A stretch of DNA of 61,437 nt, the filler included. It is 10 parts of 10 records of this genome, joined end to end, with 100 filler letters (N's around TTAATTAATTAA, not from the genome) between each part and the next. Parts side by side here need not be neighbours in the genome. Positions count along the whole stretch, not along the records: positions 12,992 to 22,453 come from SRR15195285_1457; positions 22,554 to 26,383 come from SRR15195285_1458; positions 26,484 to 31,702 come from SRR15195285_1460; 7 more parts are not named here. The stretch is one strand, 5' to 3'. Numbering within the stretch: position 1 is the stretch's first letter; each line of letters begins with the position of its first letter. Positions 19,101 to 29,400 of this stretch are shown in pieces. Both the position numbers and the translations under genes were made by a program. The notes under the pieces are model-generated. The model ran no database searches, was not told where the DNA came from, and saw only the letters and a list, made by a program, of their open reading frames with translations.

Positions 19101-21641
19101 TCAAGCTTTCGCCTGGTGTCATGGGACAAACTTGGTGACATGGTGACTTCTATCGATGATTTAGTCGAGGGAGCGGAGTCAAAACTGGCCCGAGAGGAGC
19201 AACTGCGGCAACATAAAGCGTGGGAGAAAATCCGACAAGCTGGCATTGCGATCAAAAAAATGAAACATAGGGAGCACTTTGTAGCTGAGATCAACGCTCG
19301 GTGTCTTCCCGACGGCAGTCTTCTGGATCCGAGCGCAGTCATCGAAGTTTTGGGGTGGCACATACCTGCAGCTCTTGAATTGTCGTTGGTTGATATTGCA
19401 GGCCGCACACCGGAGCAAGAACCATCAACTGACACAAATTTCCCTTATGTATTGATTATGGCACGTGGTGACCGATCTTTGCATGACGCATGCGCAAAAG
19501 AGCGCATTGCTGGGTATGATTTCCAAAGCATACGACAGGCCATCACAGAAGTGCTGCTCTGCATCAAAAAACTTCATGATTCTGGACTTTGCCATGGAGA
19601 CATTAAGCAAAGGAACATTCTGCGTGTGGGGAATGATGATGGTGATGGTGACGGTGATGATGCAGAAAAACAGTGGATTCTGTGCGATATGGATGCCTCC
19701 ACTCAGTTTGGTCAGCCTATTGGAGCGAAAACCTCTTCAGCTTATGCACCCCCAGAGCTTGCACAAAGAAAATTGACCAAGTCCAGTGAAGGTCTTGGAG
19801 TTGTTGAATCTGCTGAGCCAAGTTTCGATATCTGGTCAGTTGGAGTCGTCATCTTTGAGCTATGTTCCGGCAGGACCCTGTTCAGCCAGGACACAAACAA
19901 TGATGAACTGATCGAGTGGTCTGCCTGGCAGATCCTCAGTACGTGGCATACGATCACCGACGAGCAACTGATGCCGGTGCTTAAGGACGCCCGTACCCAA
20001 GATGGCGGAGTAGTTGACGCCACTACTATAAAAGCAGCAAAAAATCTGATCCGATGGTGTCTCAAAGGCGATTCAGCCGCACGGCCACAGAATATTGACC
20101 AAGTCATATCTCATGCGTTTTTTAAAACAGGTCAACAGGTGGCCAGGAAGGCAGGTGTCGAGGAACAATTTTTGACATTTGAAACCATCGCCGAGAGTGC
20201 AGAGGAAATCTTTCACAAGTGGAAGTGTCCTATCCAACGTAGACTGCTGCCTCAGCAGTATCACGCGTTCATAAGCCATTCGCAGGCTGACGCTAGCGGA
20301 ACAGCCAGCACGCTATACTATGCATACAGAAGATCTGGAGTACATGCGTGGCTGGATATGCGTGAAAAAGATGTCACTTTGGCAGGCATGCGTAAGGGGG
20401 TATACGACTCAGACATTTTCGTTCTAATATTGTCGCAGCACGTACTCGCACAGTGGTTTTGTCAACAAGAGATACTCGCCGCGCTTGAGTTTGGAAAGAA
20501 AATTCAGATCATACTGGAACAAGAACAGCGGTTCTTTCCATTTGACGTTGCTGCGTGGACTGCGGTCAGACATGCCATGAGCCAAAACGATGGTGCATTT
20601 GAACCACTCAGCTCGCCGGCAAGCATTCGAAGAGATACCAACTCAAAGGGTCTCTTTGTGCGTATGGTCAGCAACACGATCAACATCCCAACTGAAGTGC
20701 CTGAACAGATATGTAAAGCGATCGACGAATGCCTGTCTGACGCGATTACATACCGCCGCCGCGACTTTGAATTTGATGCGATGATGCATGCGTTATGTAA
20801 ACGAAATGGGTTGATCCTGTCAGCTCCACCCAGCGCACAATGGCCACCAGGACGCGCGGGTGACATCGACGTATTTGTCATTGCCAACGACCACTCTAGT
20901 GACGTGTTAGTAGAGCTTGAAACAGAACTGCAATCACGGTCTCGAGAGCGGATCGCCGGACGCCTCAACTTCATCCGCGCGTCTCCACAGCCTGAACCTA
21001 CTGCTCTAAGGACTGCAGACTGTATATTGCTGTGCTTATCGCGTGAGATTTTGCAAAGCCCGTACGTCGATCAGCTCGACTACGCCATCAGACTCGATGA
21101 GCATGCAGGGATCGACCGCATAACTGCAATTTACAGTGAAACTGCTGGGTGGTCGTTCGGCTGTCCCGAACATCGCAGCGCACGTGAGGAAATACAGCAA
21201 TGTCTCGACGCCCACGAGGCCCTAATATTTCGCCCGAAGGCGTACGACACAACATGTGAGCATGAATTTCCCGCTATGGTGAGACAATTAGAGAGACGCT
21301 TGTTCACGATCGCAGGATCGAAGAAGTCCCTCCCAATTCCGGCAAGTGCGGTTTCGAATTCCGAGCCTGGAGCACCCTCGCGGATTAGAGGCAGTTTTGT
21401 TGCTGAAACGGATGCCTCAGAAGCCTTGCCTCCGTCGCGCGTGCAAAACTGGAGCGAAGAGGACCTCGCCACGTGGCTACGTGACGTAATGAAGCTCGAG
21501 ACTGTGGCGAACGCGATGTTGGCTGAAGGAGGAGTGGATGGAGCAGCTGCCTTGATGATGGACAAGGACGACTGGAAAAGCCTCGGGGCATCGGGATTGA
21601 AAGCCTCAAAAATTATGTCACAGTTGAGCAAGCTGCAGTAG
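13171..21641 (+). CDS. Giant multidomain protein (~2,695 aa): pseudokinase with large insert - PDZ-like - coiled coil - ankyrin-like repeats - kinase - TIR - degenerate TIR - SAM
   Basis: Exons 13171-13952, 14027-14494, 14605-15415, 15528-15582 and 15670-21641 (all GT-AG; total 8088 nt, in frame). Kinase 1: VAIK, HPHIV, HCNIKCGN, DFG, ASPE, DIYAFG. Ankyrin-like: PLHFAA, PMHLA, PVHYAA, PIHLAA, TPIHVA. Kinase 2: HGDIKQRN, CDMD, YAPPE. TIR: FISHSQ, WLD, FCQQE. SAM: WSEEDLATWL. The start codon is uncertain because the frame is open upstream. Confidence 0.88.
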
Positions 21642-21977
21642 AAGGGCTTTCTAAAGTTCAGACAAGTCGCGGCTCGAGCACGCCACAGTAGAAGGATTTC
21701 CAAAGTGCATTTTGAATTCTAACCAACGCCCCAACTATTCTAGAGCAATTCGGAGTGCTCAAATGCTGCCGCTCGCTTGGTTGGCCCAGTGTGGTGTGAG
21801 CCAGAGGACTTGGAAGGTGTCGTGTTTGTCTGAATGACTGAATGAATCAAAGGGGGGACCCTTGGCATTTTTGGAACATCAAAAGGGGGATCCTTTGAAT
21901 TCTGTGTAGTGGGATTGTCCTGTTGATACGACACGAATGGTACGATTTAATATAGGCCTCGTGTACACCGCGAATAA

Positions 21978-22360
21978 TCATTGATAAGGGCTCATAGTTG
22001 TTTTCATGCTAAAGATAATGCAAATGCGCTCGTGGGAGCATCGAATTCCAAGTACTCTGCAAAGCGAACGATACAGGCCCTTGATGTTTTCTTTGGAAAT
22101 GGGCTCGCGAGTCAATGGCGATGAATACCGCATCGTGCGCTCCCATTGCCGCCGAGTCAGGTTCGCCCCCCGGTATCACTCAAATCAGGTCGAGCGACAT
22201 CAGGAGGGGGAGCCCTTCGAAAATACTGATCAAGCGTTTCGCGGTCGTAGGTGAACCCATCAGTGCACATTACTGGGTCCTTCATGAGCTCCAAGGTGAC
22301 AGGGTCCTCGCTCAACTTGGTGTTTGCATGGACTTTTTTGAAGTGGTCCCAATGGGGAAT
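21978..22360 (-). pseudogene. Disrupted U-box domain reading frame (absent from the ORF track)
   Basis: Hand translation gives DPVTLELMKDPVMCTDGFTYDRETLDQYF, then after a frameshift at the G6 run (22166-22171) YSSPLTREPISKENI. There is an in-frame TAA at 22361-22363. Confidence 0.7.
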
Positions 22361-22429
22361 TTACTGTGATGCTTGTGCTCCGGCAACGGTGCGGGAGCGA
22401 CCGTTGCAGAACGGTGCGGAACTAACACA

Positions 22430-22453
22430 CAGGGCATACGGCCGTATGCCCTG
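22430..22453. repeat. Perfect 24-bp palindrome at contig end
   Basis: CAGGGCATACGGCCGTATGCCCTG is its own reverse complement. Confidence 0.92.
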
Positions 22454-22553
22454 NNNNNNNNNNNNNNNNNNNNNNNNNNNNNNNNNNNNNNNNNNNNTTA
22501 ATTAATTAANNNNNNNNNNNNNNNNNNNNNNNNNNNNNNNNNNNNNNNNNNNN
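22454..22553. other. Artificial contig linker 4
   Basis: N44-TTAATTAATTAA-N44. Confidence 0.98.
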
Positions 22554-22663
22554 GAACGGAGGGGCGGGTGGTCTCTCGCTGCCGCCTTGCTGTGGCTTTG
22601 GCCGGTTGGGGCTCGTTGGAACGGGTTGAGCGGCACCGGGGTTACGCAGTGCGGGCGTCCGCC

Positions 22664-24475
22664 ATGTCCGATGATGCCAAGCCTGCACTGTCGGCCGCTG
22701 CCAGGCGAGCAGCGGCGCGACGGGCGCGCATCCTTGCCAAGGGAGAGTCGAGGATGTCCTACGTGACGGCAGGCCGTGGTGCGCTCCCAACTTTGAAAGG
22801 GCTGACAGCCTGCATTAAGTCAGTCCTGGCGTGGCTCACGTCGACTTTAAACCTGCTGCTCGCAGACAAAGCCGAAGTGACAGGTACAGAGGAGCGGCGT
22901 AAGATCGACGTGTTCGCTGCGGCCGGCCCTGCCCCTGCGCCAGCGCCGAAACCAAGTGCCCCAGCCCCGGTCTCAGCTACGTCAGAAACAGGGGACGAAC
23001 GCGAAGTGATAGAGGAGGTACTGAGCCGAGCGAAGGCTGCACCTGCGCAGAAAACGCCACCTGAGGCTGAGGCAGTGTCGCCAAGTAAGGTGCCGGCCGC
23101 AGCTCCTGCTCCAGAACCAGCACCAGCACCAGCACCAGCTCCAGAACCCGCTCCAGAACCAGCTCCAGAACCAGCTCCGGAACCAGCTCCGGAACCGGCG
23201 CCAGAGCCCGCTCCTGCTCCAGCTCAGGCCCCGCCTACAGGAACTGTCGATGATGACTCGCTGGAGGTGGAGCCGTTGCCAGACGAGCCTGACGAGCAGC
23301 CTCCAGCTGCCGGGCTCGCGATTGTTGCTGCGGACGCACCGGCTCCAGCTACTCCAGTGGTGATGACAGTGGTGGCCAAGGCAACTGTTCGGGACGGGCC
23401 ACTTCTTTCTGCAACGGCGATAGGAGACCTGCGGATCGGACAGACAGTGCAGGTGATCGAAGAGGCTGAGCATGACGGGCATATGCGGGTGCGAATTGCG
23501 AGCTTACCAGACGGAACGCAGGCGTGGTGCAGCCGCAGGACGAGGACAAGGGCGCTGCTCGAAGTGGCAGATAGGTCGACGCCAGTCCCAGGCCCGTACG
23601 TCCGAAAGACCAGGACCAAGTCGAAGAACGCAAATATCCTTGGAGCGGCAGTGAAGGGGGCGCTGCTCGGCGCGTCGGAAGCAGCGATCCGCCAGTCCCT
23701 AGACACGACAAGCAAAAGCTCCGCGCCATTGACTGGCGGTGCTGGGAGAGGGGCTGCTGGAGGAGAGCAGCTAGAGGCTAAGGTTGCAGCTGCGAAAGCG
23801 GCACGCGAAGAGGCAAGAGCGGCCGCAGCAGCCAAAAAGACGTTTCGGTACCGCGTGATGGAGGCTGTCCGTAGTCCACCCCGCTCAGTCGTGGTCGGCT
23901 TGGGCAGCATGTTTGCCGGTGCAGTATTAGGCCCTGGGTACATTGCGTGGAGGTGCAGCGCACTGGAGCTCCAGTCGCAGCTGGCATGCGAGACCGCCAA
24001 GGCGGAGACTCTTGTATCAGCGGTTGATGCAGGCAACGCGATGGTGAACGCTCCACTTCTGCTTTGCTTTCTGCTGAGCCTTGGATACTTGACAAACAGA
24101 CAGACCGATGCGGAAACTGCGGGGGGTAGTGGTGACAGCGGCAGCACTCCGAATGCTGCTTTGGCTACTATGGCATCAATGGGAGCTGGCGCTGACCAGC
24201 GGCAGATGCAGCGTTTGATTGAAGGCGGGACGGCGGTGATGAGTGGTCTGGCCAGTGTCAAGAGCTTGGTTGATGATGCGGCTGGTGAGTACGCACATAC
24301 CGCATCTTTCTACAGCGCAACGCAGGCCGTAGATTGAGCACCGTTGAATGCTGATGACCTTCCCTGTACTGGCCACTCCTCTGACCCGATGAATGCTTTC
24401 GCAGTTGCTCTCTTTGGTTTCCTTGTTGGTCTGTGGGCGTGCTCAGCTATTCTAGTGGGCAGCCCATCCCTGTGA
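22664..24475 (+). CDS. GET2/CAML-like membrane protein with an SH3b-like domain
   Basis: N-terminal ARRARILAKGESRMSYVT resembles the GET2/CAML basic Get3-binding motif. Then a Pro/Glu linker, ATVRDGP...IGDLRIGQTVQV...AWCS, and three C-terminal hydrophobic segments. Introns 22779-22865 and 24285-24404; the last exon encodes VALFGFLVGLWACSAILVGSPSL*. Confidence 0.65.
23101..23225 (+). repeat. Coding 12-bp repeat (PEPA)n
   Basis: CCAGAACCAGCT-like units encoding APEPAPEPAPEP. Confidence 0.85.
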
Positions 24476-24551
24476 GCTGCCTACGCAATGGACCACTTCT
24501 TTCAGCTCTCCAGCATTCAGGAAGCCTGTAGGCTATTTTCGGTCTAGGCAC

Positions 24552-25931
24552 TCAGCCGCCCTGGTGCATAGATGCTATCCACAGCCCGGACGCAGCTGCA
24601 GCGCCAGACACGAACAAGCACGCAGCCTCCCCGAGTCGTGTTGCGGTGGTAAATGTTGCCTCCTCCCTTGTCTGTCCAGCTGCATGGGCTGTCGATCCGC
24701 TGTCCAGCGAGTGCTTATTTTCGCGTACCACTGCGGAGCTAACATCTTCATCTATCCAATCTTTGATAAGATGATAGGCAACTGCATATGGACCTGGCGT
24801 CAGGAGAGTGTCCGGTTGCGGGTGTGGTGCGGTGTGGTCATTGTCTCGCGCCTCCCTCTGCTCTGGCGCCAGATGCTGCTGTCTCCGCATTTGCGCAAAG
24901 GGCGCGTTGTGAAGGTACGCCTCTCGCGCCGCTGCCAGCATCTGCCCGGCTTCTGGGCGCGAGAACCAACGGACATCATCCAGGCTCGCATACTCCGTGG
25001 TATCGCCGACGGCTATCTTGCTCGAGCGGGCTACCGCTTTGCACGCAATCATTAGCTCTGCACCACCGCGTCCGAGTGGCCACGGCTGGCTCGAAACTAG
25101 CTCAACGTCACCCACCACAATGCCCGCTTCTTCCATGGTCTCGCGACGCACAGCTTCTTCGACGGATTCACAACTGTCGATGAACCCCGCTAGGCACGTC
25201 CACACGCCAGATCTTAACCTCTTCGGATGGCTCAGCAGACAGCGCGAGCGATCTTCTGAGACGACCAGCATGATACAGCAGGGATCGATTCTGGGATAGG
25301 TGCGGGAAGTGCGGCTATCTACCGAGCTCCGCTTCGCGCCGGCTTCGATCGGGACAGTTTTTTGCCCCGAAATGCCGCAATGCAGCGCCTTGAGATGCCA
25401 CCCAGTTGCACAGATTGCGTGCCCGACTGCTGCTGCGTCCGTCCACCGTAATCGATGATACAGCTCGCGACCTCCGCACCATGCCAGCTGTTCGCATCTG
25501 GATTCGACCATTTGCAGCAAAGCTTCTGCCTTACTATCAGACTGCTTGCCCCACTCGACTGCAACACGCCACCCAGCCCCAGCACCGTCGTTGGCCTCGG
25601 CTGACACGTGCCCAAGCAACACCGTGATGGAGGTTCCCGTGACGGCGCTGATATCGTGCCCATCGATTGCCACGGCATCTGCCGGCAGCTCAAGGCGCAC
25701 GCCAGCGCTGAGCAGCTGATCTAGCGGCAACCAGTGCGGCTCGAGCACACCCTCTGCCAGCGACGACTCGCCGCAGGTGTGACAAAGCGCCGCTCCACGT
25801 CGCAGCAGCAGAAACCGAGTGCTGACCTCGCTCAGCACGGCAGCGAAAAAGCCCGGCGTCTTCTGCTTGAGCAGTGCGGCGCTCCGGTCGATCACGGAGC
25901 CGGTGAAACACATTGGCGCTGGGCCGGGCAT
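24552..25931 (-). CDS. NADH pyrophosphatase-like Nudix hydrolase (NudC/NUDT12 family)
   Basis: YPRIDP, Nudix box AGFIDSCESVEEAVRRETMEEAGI, family signature SQPWP. Start placed at MPGPAPMCF; the upstream extension to 26228 looks non-coding. Confidence 0.88.
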   Translation of the reverse strand: MPGPAPMCFTGSVIDRSAALLKQKTPGFFAAVLSEVSTRFLLLRRGAALCHTCGESSLAEGVLEPHWLPLDQLLSAGVRLELPADAVAIDGHDISAVTGTSITVLLGHVSAEANDGAGAGWRVAVEWGKQSDSKAEALLQMVESRCEQLAWCGGRELYHRLRWTDAAAVGHAICATGWHLKALHCGISGQKTVPIEAGAKRSSVDSRTSRTYPRIDPCCIMLVVSEDRSRCLLSHPKRLRSGVWTCLAGFIDSCESVEEAVRRETMEEAGIVVGDVELVSSQPWPLGRGGAELMIACKAVARSSKIAVGDTTEYASLDDVRWFSRPEAGQMLAAAREAYLHNAPFAQMRRQQHLAPEQREARDNDHTAPHPQPDTLLTPGPYAVAYHLIKDWIDEDVSSAVVRENKHSLDSGSTAHAAGQTREEATFTTATRLGEAACLFVSGAAAASGLWIASMHQGG

Positions 25932-26383
25932 CCTGCTGGCCAGCAGCCTCCGAATGCACGCAGTTCGTCCGTTATCTCTCTCAGAGCGCTCCGAGAGAGC
26001 GGTCACGTAAAGAGTGCGACGACGCAGTACGTGGCAGGCCAGGGGGCCACGCACTGACACTATCCCAGTATCCCTCCCCGCGCCGCGGGTCCGACGACTC
26101 GGCCGCGCCGGCCCGGATTCCGTGCGCTCTGCGCTCGCCGTCATGCAGTTCTTGAGCTGTTCATGACTGGTGCAGGAAATTCCTACTCTCAGAGAGTCTG
26201 TTTGGGGTGTTCGCCGCGGTGCGCACATTTGAACATGTCATCGTTAATGTTTGTTTGTGACTCGTGCGTCGTGCCGTGCGCATGACCATGTTTTGGGGTG
26301 TCTCATTTTCACTGGTACTAGTACATGTAAATATCAAGCCATCAAATCGTCTAGCACCTTACCGTGTGGTTTCCCCTTCAATC

Positions 26384-26483
26384 NNNNNNNNNNNNNNNNN
26401 NNNNNNNNNNNNNNNNNNNNNNNNNNNTTAATTAATTAANNNNNNNNNNNNNNNNNNNNNNNNNNNNNNNNNNNNNNNNNNNN
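26384..26483. other. Artificial contig linker 5
   Basis: N44-TTAATTAATTAA-N44. Confidence 0.98.
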
Positions 26484-26485
26484 CG

Positions 26486-29400
26486 CAAGCAGCTGAGGAG
26501 GCAGCAGCGGCGAAGCTGAAGGCAGAGGAGGACGCTGCGGACACACAATATGCCACCGCAGCCCCAGAGACTAATCCACAAGACGTCGCTCCTGTAGCAG
26601 TTGCAGACGCACTCTCGGGGTTGACTCTGGTAGAGCTATCTGAGCGCGCGGGGCTAGATGCCGAGCTATTACATGGTATGCTCGAGGCCATGGACGGCGA
26701 CGAGAGCGCAGTGGAAGAGATGCTTCGGAAAGTTCAAATTGCGCCAAATCCAGACCTGCAGTCGGCTGCAGTTCCCGCTCCTGCGTCGTCGAAGCCCGAA
26801 CTGAGCGAAGAAGATCTCGCAGAGCGCTACTTGATGGGTAGCGCTGGTTCAATCTCTCGTCGGCAAAGGGACGACGACAGGGCGGTAGCAGACTTAGTCG
26901 AGTTGAGCGAGGCCCGGGGAGCACCACATCGACTTGCAGAGGAGGACAACGACCAGCTACAGGAGCCTCTTGCTGGCGTACTCGAATTTAAACAGCACGT
27001 GGCGACATCGAGCCACCTGGAGGTCGCGTTTATGGAGTCTGGCCCTCTTGGCATTAAGTTCATCGAAAATTCACGATCCCAACCGGTTAAAGTCCAGGTG
27101 AAACGCATCAATCCCGATACTCAAGCAGAGCTGCACCCCTCTCTGAGTCCAGGACTGGTTCTGATTGCTGTAAACAGCGTGTCTGTAGCTGGCATGCCTT
27201 ACCGAGATGTCATTGATATCCTTAAAGCCCAAGGCAGACCCGTGACATGCTGCTTTGGGCCACCTGAACCTCTGCCAGACCAGCATTACACTGGCAACAT
27301 CGATCAGGGAGAGGAGCGGGAAGAGCGACAGGAGGAAGACAAGGAGGAGAGCGTCCAGATTGATGGCAGCGCCAATAATGACAACGATGCAGGCGGTACA
27401 GAAAGTGCTCACGGCAGCAAAGAGCACATTCAGGATCAGGTGCTCGAGATTGAAACCGATGGGCAGGAGCTTGGGTTATTTCCATCACCCCCTGGGTTGC
27501 CGCAGCTGCCGGCTGGACAGCGATACTATCCGTGTCAAAAGCAATTGCGCGCTGGGCGCGTGCTCAGCAATCTGCACTTGACCGTCGGCGCCATGGGTGT
27601 ACAGCTGTACGAAGGCGTGGAGCACATGAAAACATATGGCTTCAGGGATATGGTTGAGTGGGGTTCATACGGCATCCAACCCGATATGCCAACCGAGGAG
27701 CACACTCGCGTGTTCTTCACGAAGGCCAAAAACCGCAAGTCTACAGAGTATATCACGCCACAGGCATACCAAATTTCACAGGAAATGTCTTCAGCTGCGG
27801 CAAAGCTTGCCAAAGCGATCAGGAAGGCAGAAAGAACGGCTGCTAGAGAGGGAAGCCTTCAACCCTCGATGGACTTGCCTACAAACTTGCCACCGCTTCC
27901 TGATGGTCAGCGATATTTTCAGTGCGAAAAGGTGCTGCGTGGCAAGGATGCTACTGGCAAGTCGCGATCACGGTCCGGAATGTTTCTCACAGTAGGTGGC
28001 ATTGGGATACAGGTGTACGACTCTGTCGGTACCCACTATAAGACGCATAGTCTGCGAGACTTGGCGACCTGGGAGTCGTCCGGCGAGATAGAAAACTGTC
28101 CACCCGGCCTTCACAATCACATCCGGCTAGAGAAGAAGAAAGAAAGCTCGCGAAAGTTTACTGAGTACCGAACTCACAAAAATGGCGATGCCTATCTCAT
28201 CTGGGAACTGCTCACCAAACACGCGGAATTCTTAGCTAAAGAGATGCGAAGCCAGGGTGTTGACGAATCGGGACTAAACGCAACTACATTGATGGAAGGA
28301 CTGCTGATGAAACGAAAAATTTACAAGGAGGGGCAGGAAGGGTCGTTGAGCGATGGCACCACAAGCTGGCATGGCCGATTCTTTGTGCTGACTGGTGGGG
28401 CCAATGCCGTCCCCAAGCTCTTGTATTACGAACGACGGGAAGAGTACATCCGGCAGCAACAACAAATGCGAGATGCAGGTTTTGGGTGGCTAAAACCGAA
28501 AGGGCAGCTGGAACTTATCGGGGCAACTACTGGCTTTGTTGACCAAAGTTCTGCCGCGCAGCGCCTCGAGGCATTTGTTGTCAAAACACCGATGAAAACG
28601 CTGTATCTGAAGGCACGCGATGAAGCAAATGCACTTGCGTGGATGAAGGTGATCGATGGTGCTTGTGGACGACCTGATGCAACAACGTCACACGCAGAAT
28701 ATCGTGCTCTTAAACTCGGTCTACCGATCCAAACCCAAGAGGCAGGCAGCCTGGGTTCGGACTCAAATTTTCTGCACGTCTGGCTTGAAGCACGTAGCCT
28801 CGGACAGTACGTAGATGTTGTGGCTGAAGCGCTGCAGGCAGCAGGCTACGATGAAGAGGACTGGGTCTCTGCCATGCAAAGCTTCGATGAGGCTGATTTT
28901 CAGGCCTTCATTAGCTCAATAGTGAAACATGGCGCGCCATCACAGCGCAACGCGCAGTTGTCAGAAGTACCAAGTCCGCCAACAATGTATCAGTCGGACG
29001 ACCCAGAGGTGTCAAAGCTGCCTCCACTTCAAGCAGGACAGCGGTATTTCAAGGTAGAAAAAGTCAAACGAGCTGCTCGTGTCCAGAAGGGCATGTATCT
29101 AACAGTCGGAGATCTTGGCGTGCAGGTGTTCCAACAAAGTGGCAAGGAGTATGCTCCATATAAGACCTACAAGTTTCTCAATCTTGCGTCGTGGGGAGTG
29201 GATGGAGACAGCACTGGTGCCCAAAAGCACAGCCGACTGCGACTCGACAAACGCGGCAGTGATAAAAGAAAGGACGCCACTGGCACAGTCGAGTTCAACA
29301 CACTTCCGGGCGAAGCCAACCAAATTTGTGACGCAATCACTCAGCACGCCTCCGTTCTCGGCCAAGAGATCCAGCGAGTTGGTGCGCTCGAAACTGCACC

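Noticed and set aside
8892-26383. An NAD-centred gene cluster (TIR-PARP kinase, TIR kinase, NADH pyrophosphatase)
   Set aside because: The three genes are on three different contigs, so their proximity is an artefact of concatenation.
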